Notes under the pieces: model-generated
Told to the model about the DNA's origin: nothing
What the model saw: only the letters and a program-made list of their open reading frames with translations
Database searches by the model: none
Shown: positions 26,671 to 39,140 of the stretch, one piece after another
How the letters are laid out: the number at the start of each line of letters is the position of its first letter
Numbering within the stretch: position 1 is the stretch's first letter
NCBI GenBank assembly: GCA_964016885.1
Contig: OZ024740.1
Span: forward strand, 286,812,001 to 286,876,000
Length of the DNA stretch: 64,000 nucleotides
From: Eledone cirrhosa
Lineage: Eukaryota
Reading direction: 5' to 3'
Program-made: the position numbers and the translations under genes

Positions 26671-26800
26671 TTCTGTTTCCGCCCTGCCCGTCTCCTCAAT
26701 CTTTCTATTTATTCTTTAATTTCTCGTTCTATTTTATGATGAAGGACTAGCACCCGAAACATTAAGACTCATTTCCTACTGTATCAAACATAAAACTAAT
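26671..26800 (+). mobile_element. Solo terminal-repeat fragment of the Neptune-like PLE with a degenerate hammerhead
   Basis: Homologous to 38953-39140 (-) and 28234-28360 (-); ATGATGA-aggactagcaccc-GAAAC-atta at 26736-26764. Confidence 0.65.
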
Positions 26801-28233
26801 AATAGATTTCTTCATTGTACTGTGTCATATTATTTCTATTTGTCTTTTGCATACATAATATACACACACACACACAATTCAAGGATAGGAAATTGTCTAG
26901 ACAAAGGTATCCACATATGCATGTTTGTACAATTATATAGGCACAATGACATAAGAAGATCAGAGTAAAGTTGTTAGAAAATCGATTCTTACCTTCCATA
27001 TACATATATATATTCATAGATGCATTGCCAAAGAAAAATCAGCTAGCAAGTCAGAGTACTTACATAGATGGTAAAATTCCGATTATTTCCAAATCAGATA
27101 GCAAGTAAAAAGAACTTACTTAAATATGGTAAAATTCCAAAATTTCAATATTTCTATACAGCTGTTTCATGAGTGCAAGAGAAATTTTAAATAGAATGCA
27201 CCAAGTTAAATAGTGTGTGTTTTTATTTTGGGAAAATCATTTTGCCAATAAAAACACATGCTTTATTTGGCTTTAACTTCAGCTTTATTATTATTAGTTA
27301 TTAGTTATTTCATTATTCGTCCTTCTCTGTTCCTCCTCTTTTTTCTGGTCTTACTTTGTTTACTCAAACAAGATAGAATAAACAAAATAAGACCAGAAAG
27401 AAGAGGCACAGAGAAGAACAAATAGTCATTGAGGAGGTCACAAAACATGCAGTAATGTGATTGGCATGAGTAAGGGCATCCAGCTATAGAAAAAGAAGCT
27501 AAAATCATATTGTATGAACAAAACATAATCACCCAATCTGTCTGGCTTCGTAACGACCCCTCTAACCTATACAAGCACAGAAAATAGACATTAAACAGTG
27601 ATGATATTATATCAAATTTTACAATTAAGCCCTTGAAAGCAGAAAATGTGCAACATGAGATGATATTGCAGCTAATGAGATTTTAATTCTGAAACGTTGC
27701 TGATTTCAAATTGTAATTACCATGTATATTCAAATGAATATACATAGCCTTGCTGTTGTTATTAATATTTAATATTCAATTTGCATTGCTATAATCTTCT
27801 ATAAAAAAAACTGTTTTCTGCATCAGGTAAGCTACTTAAGGGCATCCAGCTGTAAAAATACAGTTCCGTTTCAGTAAGGTACAGCATGGCCAACTGACCA
27901 AACTTGTCTCATAACATAGACGACCCATCTAACCCATGCAAGCATGGAAAAAATATATGTTAAATGATGATATTATATATATATATACACACACACACGC
28001 GTGCGCACACACACATACGCACGCACACACACACACGAAAGACAACCTCTCAGTGCTGGTGCCACTATGAAATGCACTTGGTAGAATGTGGAACCATATG
28101 TAAACAAGATGCGAGCCCCATCCTGTCTGGGAGGTCAGTAGCCCTATTTCAATATAGACTCGGTCTGTGATGACCCATCTAACCCTTGTCAGCTAGGAAA
28201 GTGGACATTAAATGATGATACATATATATATAT

Positions 28234-29905
28234 GTAAAAGGTAAACAGAAATAACAACACAATCGGTACAGTATATGAAAGGAATATATTAGTTTAACGC
28301 TTGAAATAGCAGGAAAAGGGTCTTAACATTTAGGACGGGCAGGGTGGAATGAAAAAAATGCTTTTTGAGAAAAATAACAAGTCCATTCATGTTGTCATCT
28401 CTTGGAAAACTTGGTGCTGGCATTTCGTGTATGATATACTTTTTTAGAAAAGTGAATGATGGAGCGCGTCTACCTGAAATGGAAAATAAAACATTTTGTA
28501 TATAGAGATATACATGTGCGTGTGTGTATTATTGTACGTCCATATGAAGCTAAGAGGATATGTATGTGTATAAGTAAAAGATGTGTGTGCTTGTAAGTAT
28601 GAAGCTGTGAGCAAAAGTATGTTAATATAAGGGAGTATGTATGTGTGTATACAGAGCTGTGAAAGGAAAAGTAGAGGTGTGTGTGCGTATTTAGTTGGTC
28701 TGTATCAGCTATAAGAGTATGTTTCTGACCATAAGAGAGCCATAGGAATCTAGGGTGAATGTACAAGCACGTGTGTGATAACGAACGTATATGTGTAATA
28801 TTAAAGAAATTGGGGAGGGGAGTTGAGTCCATGAGGGAAACAGGACCCAAGGCGGAAAATCAGATTCTCTTCAGTCCTGGTACGCAAGGCCTGTGATCCA
28901 TGATGTAAAAAGACACCAAGGACTGAGACATGTAGGGAAGAGTGACCTGGGGAACGGAAATGATGGGCAACAGTAGTATCCATACCGAGTTGTATATCTC
29001 TCAAATGTTCAGCAAAACAATCCACCCAACAGCGTCCCATTTGTCTGATGTATAAGGAGCCGCAAAGGAAAATCCGGAGGGCATAGACAAGATGGGTGGA
29101 GGTACAGGTGAAGGAGTTGTGGATACGGAATGAACCATTGATGCCTGTGAGAGTGGTGAGGTTGGAAATGAAAGGACAGGTGTTACAGCAGGGACAAGAA
29201 CAAGGATGAGAGCTGGGTGGAGTCATGGGAGAGGACAAGAAGAAACTGCATACCAGGAGGTCATGGAGATTACGGGCGCACTTAAATGCAGTGGTAGGTG
29301 GGTTAGGAAAAAATTGAGAAGTGACGGAGTCAGAAAAGGAGCTGTGGAAGGAATAGAATATGTCGTCGGAGAGGTAGGGTGATGGGGTGGTAGGAGAGAG
29401 TGAAAGGAAGGCGGGTGTTGGGAGGACACTTGTCAAAGTAGCTTGGATCAGCGTGGGGGAAATCCATGCTGGATGAAGCAAGAGGCCATGTGAAGGGAAT
29501 GGGTTTCAAAATGGTTGTCCTGGCTACAGAGGAATTGGGAGTAGGGTATGGAGAGTTTAGTGTGGATTGGATAGGAGGAGGTGAAGTTGAAGTAAGAGTG
29601 GTTTTATAGAAGATGGAAGTAGAGAGGGTGTGGTGAGTGTGATCAATAGAGAGAGAGATATCAAGAATTGGAGACAGGTGGTGAAGGTGAGAACGAGATG
29701 AAAAGATTGAATAAAAGAGAAAGCAGTCAAACTGTTCACGTGATAGAGAGGTGGCGCCGATACAGTCGTCAATATAACAACCGTATAGCTCAGGAGTAGG
29801 TCCAGTGTACTGGGAGAAGATCTAAGCTTCAACATAGCCAACAAACAAGTTGGCATAGTTCAGACCCATTCTAGTTCCAATCGCTACCCCAGAGACCTGC
29901 TTGTT
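28234..29905 (-). mobile_element. 5'-truncated Penelope-like retroelement (Neptune-type): RT, Cys linker, GIY-YIG endonuclease
   Basis: 'QVSGVAIGTRMGLNYANLFVGYVE','YIDD','CSCPCCNTC','LVYALR..CGSLYI..MGR..F.EH','VAHHF','LIFRLGSCFPHGLN'. Confidence 0.9.
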
Positions 29906-29999
29906 AGAACTCACTGGAAAAGGAAAGCCCTTTATACACGTATACATGGGGCAAATAAGCCAGCTGAGTTCTTTAACACTACTGTGTTACATGAGGAAA

Positions 30000-30555
30000 T
30001 GGCAACCATCAACTACATAGATATAAAAAAGGAAGATATAATATCAGCCATAGATGAAATGAGACCAAATTCAGCAATCCTCCTAAAACATGCAAATAAA
30101 TCTTAGAAAAACCACTGCAGAACCTCTTCCAAAGTTCCTTTGCAAGTGGTAAACTACCCAGAAATCTAAAATAAAAAAAAAAGCATATGTCTTAGCCATA
30201 AATATGGAAGCAGAGCAGATGCTACAAACTGTCTCTTTGGCCTCACATATCAGAAAAAGTTATGGAACGAATCATCAGAAGGAAACTGATCTCATTCTTA
30301 AAGGAAAATGGCCTACTAACTGACCCCCTGCATGGCTTTTGCCCAGGAAGGAGCTGCCTTACAGCATTATAACTGGGTACTGAAACAGCTGTTAGACTGT
30401 TCGATTATGGATATAATATATCTCAACTTTGCAAAGGCATTCAACAAGGTTGATCATGGAATGATGTGTCACAAACATGTAGTTTCGGCATATTTGGAAA
30501 ATTAGGTGAATGGCTTCATGACTTCTTAAAAGACTGTTGTAGCCAGTAGGGCCCT
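30000..30555 (+). mobile_element. CR1/L2-group LINE RT fragment, degraded
   Basis: 'HGFCPGRSCL','DIIYLNFAKAFNKVDHG','GIFGKLGEWLHDFLK'. Confidence 0.8.
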
Positions 30556-30561
30556 CTCTGG

Positions 30562-31130
30562 ATCGTACTCAAACACTCATGATTCATTTCTTGCAATTAC
30601 TTTATCCAAGAAATTTGGCTCAATTTCGTGTCTTTCAAGCAAATTCTGACAAATTTCCAACCAATCTGTCTTTTGCTCCCCAGACAAGTGTCTGGGCACG
30701 TGTTTTGCAAAAAATGTTCACATGTGCAAATGGTCTGTTAGAATTCTGTGAACTGCATTTTTATCCAAGCCTGTTTCTTCTGCAATCATCCTAATACTTA
30801 ATCAGCTTAATCAGCAATCTTTCACCATCAGCACTTGCGCCACTTCCACATTTTGATCATTTTGGGATGAGATTGGCCTACTGGAACAAGGTTCATTTTC
30901 AACATTTTCTCAGCCCTCTTTGAAAGCTTTGTGCCACTTAGAAACCTTACTTCTCGATAGAGTGACATCTCCATAAGCTTTTGTTAAAAAACTAAATGTT
31001 TTAAGTGGCAGATTTGTTGAGTTTCACACAGTATTTGATTGCATGCCATTGTACGATATTTTCCTCTATCATAAACATAGCAGAGGTTATAAACACTTGA
31101 AACAAGTATGTATGTGCAGCCAAGGTCATG
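30562..31130 (-). mobile_element. Mariner transposase N-terminal remnant
   Basis: 'QWHAIKYCVKLNKSAT','KAYGDVTLSRSKVSKWHKAFKEG' HTH region. Confidence 0.75.
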
Positions 31131-31379
31131 ACCAACATGCCTATACACATTGAGGTGCTGCAATACCATGTTGTACCTAAGAAAATCAGTGCAAGAAAAC
31201 TCACAACCCAGTGATGTAGCTATGACGAAGCATGTAAAAGCCACCTCTAAGCAAGCCTAGTCTTTTGGGGTCTGAGAAAAGTACCAGATTGGTGATTGGC
31301 ACAAATAAGACCACCAAAATACTGCAATATGGCTAGACACAACAAAGGCAGTCATATTGCATCATCCTTCACACTGATT

Positions 31380-33532
31380 AACAAGGGATGCATTTAGGCC
31401 TTAGATAGAGGGGCCTGTTCAAAATATATATTACATTCTCCATCTCATGTTGTAAAAACTGGTAATGTGCCTGTGACCTGTCATAGGACGCCCGGGAATG
31501 ACACTAAGATTATGGATCGCAAGACCCCAAAGTGGGTTCGGAAGAGAGAAAACTGTAACCATTGGAACCTGGAACATCACAAACCTTATAAGTAAGGAGC
31601 AGGAACTAGTGGTGGGACTTGATGTTACTGGCTAGATGTAGTTGGGGATTCTTCAACAAAATTCTGTGGCTCTGGTACTGTAGATTTGGATGGGGAGATG
31701 GAAACTCCACTATTCGGGTGTGATACCAGAAATGACTGCATAGGTGGGAGTGGTGATATGCATCCAAATTCTCCCTTAGCAAACTGAGGACAGTGAAATG
31801 AAGTAGACTGTTTAAATCAGCTGTTATATGTGGTGGGTAAAGGCGGTTTGGTGTGGTGCTAGGTGGTCAGGAGAACCCCTTGGTTCAATCAAGGGGTTAG
31901 ATACCATCCAAGCAAAGAAAGAGGCCTACAAAGCATACCTGCTTTCAGGAGCGCATCTGGGGTTCTCCTTTCTTCAGAGAGGTGCATCCTTACAAGATGG
32001 AGATAATACATTGCTGATCTCCTAAACCCAATCACAACAGTATCTTCTGATATACATAAGGTACATCTGGAAGCGATGACTAACCTCTCAGAGGCTGAGG
32101 TCACAAGAGCAATTAAAGAGCTCAAATGTAGCAAGGCTGCTGGGGAGGAAGAAATTCAGCCTATGGTGTTAAAAGCCTTAAATAGAGAAGGTATTCTCTG
32201 GCTGACTCTTGTGTGCTGGGTAGCATGGATCTCTGAAAAGGCACCTAAGCAATGTCTGTCAAGAATGATAATCCCAATTTTCAAAAAGGGAGACAAGAGA
32301 GATTACTCCAATTTCTAAAGAACTTCCTTGTTAGGCCTCCCCAGTAAAGCCTATGCTAAGTGCCTGGCAAAGAGATATAGGGTGATTGACAAGTCCAAGC
32401 TCGCTCATGAACAGTGTGGTTTTCCCAGACGCAGCACAGTTGACCAAATATTCACACTGGCAGGTATTTAATAAATCATGGGAGTACTGCCAAGAGGTGT
32501 ATTCTTGCTTTATAGACCTCAAAAAGGCTTACAACTACATTCCACGGAACCTGCTATGGAAGTTACTACAGGAGTATTGGATCAATGGACAGCTTCTTGT
32601 TACCTATACGAATGCCCAAATATTTATGTTCAGATAAATGGTACTAAATTTAAAGCATTTAGTGTTGGGGTTGTCACCTCTCCTGTTCATAATCTTTATG
32701 AACAGGGTTGACGTGCATACCCAGGTTGGAAGTGGTATCAGGATCAATTGGCTGGAATTTGCAGATGACATGGTATTACTTAACTCATCAGAAGGTGATC
32801 TCTGATGTGCACTTCATAGGTTTGATGCCAAGTGCTGCACGGCTGGAATGAAAATCAGTGGTGTGAAGACAGACATTTGTCCTCTCAAGGAAGCCTGCGC
32901 AGTACACCTTACATGTGAGGGGAGTTCCACTGAAGCAGGTGGAGAAGTTCAAGTATCTCGGGGCCATGATGGCTGGCAGGAGGCTGAATTAAGTGCAAGA
33001 ATTGCATGAACTGGTGTAGTAATGTGGCAACTTCAGCATTCTGTAATCAGAAGAAGGGAAGTAGGTGTAAAGCCAAACTCACTATCTTTGATCCAGTATT
33101 CGTATCAACTTTTACCTATGGTCATAAAGTTTAGGTAATGACCGAAAGAATACGATCATGAATACAAGTGGCCGAAATGGAGTTTCTCTGAAGGGTCTTT
33201 GAAGTAACATTACTTAAGAGTGCAGAGCTCGAAGAGTCACTCCAAGTAAAGCCACTACTTCTCGAAATTGAGAGATCACAGCTCTGATACTATGGGCATG
33301 TGGTTAGAATGTCTCAGGAAAGAATTACTGGACAGATTTTACAGGCAAAACCAACTGGCAGGAGACCCAGGGGTAGACTCTGAGCATGATGGTTAGATAA
33401 CATCCGTGAACTCAGCTGGTCTTGCTTGGGGATCCAGCTGGATCAGTTAGAGACGGTTGCTTCTGTCAGGAGTGTTTGCAGAGACTTCCCCCACGACCCT
33501 CTCATGAATAAGTTGGCAAAGAAGAAGAAAAA
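31380..33532 (+). mobile_element. Old RTE-clade LINE (Expander/Rex3-like), distinct from the PHD-bearing family
   Basis: 'GTWNITNL','KAAGEEEIQP','IPIFKKGD','CFIDLKKAY','FADD','EKFKYLG','GRRPRGR'; (GAA)n tail. Confidence 0.85.
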
Positions 33533-33533
33533 G

Positions 33534-33568
<35 letters not shown>

Positions 33569-33880
33569 TACCCTTCATTATGTATATGACACCATGGAAA
33601 AATGGACATTAAATGATTTATATATTAAGAATGAGAGATTGAAGATTCAGATTAATATAACATCTGTTTCGCAGATAACCAGCTTGCAACCTTAAACGGT
33701 TACAATCGTCTTCTACCCTGCGATCAATATGCTCATCTCTTATATGTATAAGGAGAGAGAGAAAGAGATAATATAATTAATTTATTTTTCAAATTACGTT
33801 TTATTCTGAATATAACCAATATATAAACATTTTAAAACGTATAAAGTAAATTTTTTTTAAATTTCATTTTTGTTTTTCAG

Positions 33881-34162
33881 TGTCTTGCAATTTATGATCG
33901 GTTTGGTCGTTTAATGTATGGTGATGAAAACCTTGTAAAAGACGTCTTGGAATATGTTGTGTTTGAAAATCATATATCAAATATATATGGTCAATGGAGA
34001 ATTCATGGAAAGATAATTCCAGAATGGATGCCGTCTAGAGACCCTATTATTCAAACATATCAGTTGCCTAAATTTGAACCTATTGAAGAGGAGATAGAAG
34101 AAAATAAACAGGATGACAAAGAAAATACAAAAGAAAATCAGGAACAGTATGCAACTGCCTAA
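33881..34162 (+). CDS. MRPL45: MRPL45 terminal coding exon
   Basis: Strong acceptor tttttcAG; [49 protein letters not shown]..stop. Confidence 0.97.
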   Translation, partial: CLAIYDRFGRLMYGDENLVKDVLEYVVFENHISNIYGQWRIHGKIIPEWMPSRDPIIQTYQLPKFEPIEEEIEENKQDDKENTKENQEQYATA

Positions 34163-34204
34163 ACTGTTAGACACTGAATTATTGGCAGAATTTTTGTATG
34201 GTTT

Positions 34205-34210
34205 AATAAA
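34205..34210 (+). terminator. Polyadenylation signal AATAAA of MRPL45
   Basis: Overlapping AATAAATAAA ~42 nt after the stop codon, followed by T-rich sequence. Confidence 0.6.
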
Positions 34211-34454
34211 TAAATAGAATATAATTTATTGATATTATCTATTATGTTGCTTTTAATTGTTCCTTCATTGATTTAGAAGAAAAAATGTCTAAAAATAGGT
34301 AAATTAATTCATGTGTTTATAGTATCTTTACTAGTGGACAAATTACATTGCATAATAAATAGTAATCAACACCACAAAATCAGTAGTACTACAAAATGTG
34401 GATTTCTTAAGTAAATCAAATCTATACTCCTAATGGTAATTCAAAGTGACTTAA

Positions 34455-34656
34455 CCCTTTAGTATTTAAACTGGCCATATCCGGCCAGAATTCTCTCACC
34501 TCTTTCTCTTCAAACTGTCCATAACCGGCCACTCGTGCTGATGTTAAAGTATTGTTCTCAAAATAAATATCAAAATCTCAAGAATTCATTATGCGAGATA
34601 AACCCTTTACTGTGAAAATACAATAGTATATATAGAGTAATGTAAATGCTAAAGGG
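34455..34656. mobile_element. piggyBac-like MITE
   Basis: TTAA|CCCTTTAG..CTAAAGGG|TTAA. Confidence 0.85.
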
Positions 34657-35366
34657 TTAAGTACTAGCATAGTTATAATAAATAAATTCCACTAGATTTT
34701 TCTTAAATAGCATCAGCTAGTATGCTAAATGTGTATACTCTGGATCTTTTCATCATGCTAAATGCATTTATTTTATTCATTTTTAGTATTTATTTTATTA
34801 TTAATTTCATCGACACAATCATTACCAACAATGTTTTCTTTTAAAATATATCTGTGCAAAGTTTTGTTTTTTAAAATATAAATTATGAAGAAAGTCCCGG
34901 ATTAGCTTATTTAAATAATATCCAAATTCCTCAATTTAGTCAACCTTGTAACAATAACATATATCATCTCAAGTATGTGTGTGTGATTTGATGAACCAGT
35001 TGGCTGTTTCTGTTGTTTTTTTTTCAGATAACTAAGAAATAAGTTGTCACTTTGTTGACAGATGTATTTCCCATTCGGTCAACTTGTACTATTCTTTGAT
35101 TAGGGCGATTTGCTGCCAGGACTGACGCCAATCCTGTAGACCTGTTGTCTGAAGGTCATGATAACCATGCCTGGGGGCAGACATACATGCACACACCCTA
35201 ATATATAATTCCACCCCCTCTCCACAATTATTCTATCTCAAGTTGATCAAGCAGATACACATAGATACGCAGACACACACATACATGTAAACACTCACGA
35301 AACCAGATATCTACACACACAACCACTCCCTAACAATTAAAATAAAACAAACACTTAAGTGAAGAG

Positions 35367-35478
35367 ATGGTGTCAAATACCAAGGCATACCCCGGGGAAG
35401 AATGTACCCCACAGCATAGGTTAGTCTTTAGTGATATCTCAGTAAGCAAGAGACGGAATGAGACATACAAGAAGGTGT
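35367..35478 (+). mobile_element. Isolated 112-bp internal fragment of the RTE LINE
   Basis: Matches 5547-5658 with 3 substitutions. Confidence 0.9.
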
Positions 35479-36748
35479 AGGCATATATAATTACTGTATG
35501 GCAAAGGTATCACATAAAATAACATAGGTTTACAAGCATATCAAGCAGGCAAAGATGTTTGTGTATTAAAATTAGGAGTTTATTGTGGATGTAGTGTGAT
35601 AATTGTTTCTGTAATGTTCAAATGTGCATGTGTTGAGAGTATTAATATTATTGTTTTCCATTACATTGGTTATATTTTATTTTAGTGAATGTTTTTAATT
35701 AGTTACAGCTATGGATTGTATATTGGTCCTATTATATTGATATCCAGGGTTCGAGTTGTTTTTAGAGTGATTTTTCTAACGGTTTAATTTCCGGAAGTGA
35801 GTTTGATATCTATATTAAGGGGAGGTAATTAGCGATTAATTTGTATATAATAGAAAAAATGTATAGTTGTTTACAGCTCCAATTAGTTAAATTCCTTGTG
35901 CTAATATACATTATATTGTGTTACAAGTGAATCCCTTTTATATAATGCTATTTATTTATATTTAATTTTAAATACAATCTATTTTCCTATAATACATTAA
36001 AGGTCTCATTATATTGTTATGTATCTATTACTGAATAAAATATAAGTAAGCTATAGAAAAAAATGTATAGTAGTTTACAGCTCCAATTAGTTAAATCTCT
36101 TGTGTTATTAATATACATTATATTATGTTATAAAGGCGGTGGATTGGCAGTATCGGTAGAGGGTCGGACGCTATGCTTTGACGTATAGAGTTACGGCCCT
36201 TGCCATTCTGAGTTCAAATCCCGCCGAGGTTAACTTTGCCTTTCATCCTTACGGGGATCGATAAAATAAAGTACCAGTAATGCTCTGGGTAATTGCTGGC
36301 CTTGTGCTAAATGTAGAAACAATTATGTTATAAGTAAATCCCTTATATATAATGCTATGAATTTATATGTGCACCCAGCACTCACTGTAAATGAGGTTGG
36401 TGTTAGGAAGGGCATCCAGCTGTAGAAATCGAGCCAGAATCAGTTCCCGTCCCACCCTTGCAAGCAGGGAAAAAGCGGACATAAAATGAAATGATGATGA
36501 AATGTCTTGTTATATTATTATCTATCCATTACTGAATATAATATAACTAATAGTAGTTATATTAAATGGTGGTAACTTTATGTTTATTCCTAATAGTTAT
36601 TGTTGAGTATAAGGTTTGAGATAAATAGGAGTTAAGTAGAGGAATGAGCTGATCATAGTGTGATGCTGTGGGGATAATTATATGCTGATAAGACCTAGAG
36701 ATGAAGTGTTAATGGTGGTGAGGAATTCAGATCTGGCATTGTTACATA

Positions 36749-37200
36749 CTAGCAGCTAGATTTAAAGTTATGGAAAGAGTGTCGGTGGTAGTGTTGGCAG
36801 ATGGAAAAAATTTCTGATTTTCTATTTAAGAGGTCTAGTTTAGAATAGATTATAATGCGGGTCTCTAGAAGACAGAGGTTACATAATTTATTAGGTGGTT
36901 TATACGATGCGGCCCTATCTATTACTTCCCATTGAAGTGTATATGGTCTATTCCTAGTTTTCAGAGAGTATATGTAGTTAGATAAAGAAGTGGAGTTGGC
37001 TAGATTGCGATTTTTGAAAGTGTGGAGATGTGAGTTATATCTCGTCTTGAAGTTGTTTGTGTTGACTGTGCATGAGTAAATGATGTCTTTGATTAAGCAA
37101 TTTTTATCTAAGGGACAAGTTCTATTTGTTTTACAGTTACAGTTATTCTGGTTGTTTGCTTGCCAGTTACTATGTTGTGTAGATGCCTGGTTGATTATTG
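36749..37200 (-). mobile_element. Penelope-like element C-terminal endonuclease (Hydra-clade-like), 5'-truncated
   Basis: CxCx5Cx5C ([15 protein letters not shown]), 'IIYSCTV','FKTRYNSH','LQWEVI','CNLCLLE','LLNRKSE..CQH'; YIG half of the motif missing; abuts a (TA)n tract. Confidence 0.8.
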
Positions 37201-37206
37201 TGTAAT

Positions 37207-37212
37207 TTATAT

Positions 37213-37274
<62 letters not shown>

Positions 37275-37329
37275 GTATGTATATATATATGTATGTATGT
37301 ATATATATATATATATGTATGTATGTATG

Positions 37330-37360
<31 letters not shown>

Positions 37361-37381
37361 ATATATATATATGTATGTATG

Positions 37382-37440
<59 letters not shown>

Positions 37441-37667
37441 ATATAAATATATATATATGTATGTATGTATATATAAATATATATATATGTATGTATGTAT
37501 ATATAAATATATATATATGTATGTATGTATATATAAATATATATATATGTATGTATGTATATATAAATATATATATATGTATGTATGTATATATAAATAT
37601 ATATATATGTATGTATGTATATATAAATATATATATATGTATGTATGTATATATAAATATATATATA

Positions 37668-37698
<31 letters not shown>

Positions 37699-37718
37699 GT
37701 ATGTATATATATATATAT
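37207..37718. repeat. Compound (TA)n/(TATG)n microsatellite with a 30-bp higher-order unit
   Basis: atataaatatatatatatgtatgtatgtat x7 exact at 37441-37650. Confidence 0.95.
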
Positions 37719-37789
37719 AAAAGTGGTTACACAACGTTAGTTCACCTTACCGAGAACAATTGTTTCACACATACACACACATATATATT

Positions 37790-38075
37790 CTAGGGCGGGT
37801 AAAATTCCCAAGATCCATGGACGAGTTCTCTCCAGCGGTCTCTGTCCCTCATTATCGCTGCCGTGTCCTGCGTCTCCAACAGACTAGTGTCTGTCCTTAG
37901 GGCATCAACATACGTTAACCTTGGTCTTCCTCTTCCAGTGCAATGTCAACTCTGGATGTCGGTGAGCATGTCCAGCTAACCTCAGTTTCCTCTGACACAG
38001 ACCAAGAAACTCACTCAGATGGTGGATGGGTGCTACACGAGAATGCTGAGGATGGCTCTGAACATTAATCAGTAT
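37790..38075 (-). mobile_element. 3' end of an RTE-group LINE
   Basis: 'RKLRLAGHAHRHPEL','GRPRLTYVDALRTDT','MRDRDRWRE'. Confidence 0.75.
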
Positions 38076-38112
38076 ACACTGAGAATATATATATATATAT
38101 ACACACATACAT

Positions 38113-38497
38113 GGAGGCACATGGCTTAGTGGTTAGAGCATTGACCTTGCAATCGAAAGGTCATGAGTTCAATTCTCAGACTGGGTGATGTGTTGTTTCC
38201 TTGAGCAAGACACTTTATTTCACATTACTCCAGTTTATTCAGCTGTAGAAATGAGATGATAGGACTGGGGTCCCTGTCATTCCACTGCAAAGTGGTCGTG
38301 GAGGTGCCACGGCAAAAAAGCACCCAGCCCACACTGTAAAGTGGATGTGTAGATGCCACAGAAAAAAAGCACATACCACTCACTGTAAATGAGGTTGGTG
38401 TTAGGAAGGGCATCCAGCTGTAGAAATCAAGCCAGAATCAGTTCCCGTCCCACCCTTGCAAGCAGGGAAAAGCAGACGTAAAATGATGATGATAATG
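38113..38497 (+). mobile_element. tRNA-derived SINE family B, full copy
   Basis: A box tggcttagtgg, B box gagttcaattc, CORE-like 'ccttgagcaagacactt', RTE 5'-like segment, RTE 3' tail and (ATG)n. Confidence 0.88.
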
Positions 38498-38952
38498 ATA
38501 TAAACACACACATATATACATACACACACACATATGCGTATATATATATATATATATATACACACACATATTGGAGGAGAATTTACTGCTATTTCTAGCA
38601 CAGAAATACTGTCTCTTTCATGCTACCAATATATAGAGAAGGAAACACTACACTTCTCACTCAAATTACCTCCTCCTCTCTCTAACTAACTAAAATGTTT
38701 GTTGTCAGCTGCCCTGACATCTGACTCACTTTCTCTCTCTCACTACCTCTTATTCTCTCTATTTGTATGTATACTTCTATCTATCATCCCTCATGCTATC
38801 TATATAGAGAGAGTGAAACACTACTTCAGCTCTCACTCAGTCCACTAACTGAAACATAATGTGTGTATTTCTGTGTGTGTATGTGTGTTTCTGTATGTCC
38901 AACAACTAACTAAAGCTTACGCACACATATGCGTAGATACACACGCACGTGT

Positions 38953-39140
38953 GTAAAAGGTAAACAAATAACAAAAATAACAAAACATACGGCACAATAC
39001 ATGGAAGGAATACATTATTTTAACGCTTGAAATAGCAGGAAGAGGGCCTTAACATATCGGACGCTAGTCCTTTATCAGAAGGAGGAATAAGAAATTAAAG
39101 AAGAAATAGAAAGATTAAGGAGACGGGCAGGGCAGAATCG
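38953..39140 (-). mobile_element. Solo terminal-repeat fragment of the Neptune-like PLE with a degenerate hammerhead
   Basis: CCTT-CTGATAA-aGGAC tagc GTCC-GATAtgtTA-AGG at 39047-39082; flanks match 28234-28360. Confidence 0.7.

Noticed and set aside
34289-34298. Perfect MEF2 site CTAAAAATAG
   Set aside because: Isolated; several such matches are expected by chance in 64 kb of AT-rich DNA
37160-37793. Long Y/I/C/M/V-rich ORFs (also 3305-3566 and 42809-43333)
   Set aside because: These are translations of TA/TG/TATG microsatellites, which lack stop codons
38113-38190. tRNA gene
   Set aside because: A and B boxes are present, but there is no convincing cloverleaf and the sequence continues into a multi-copy SINE body
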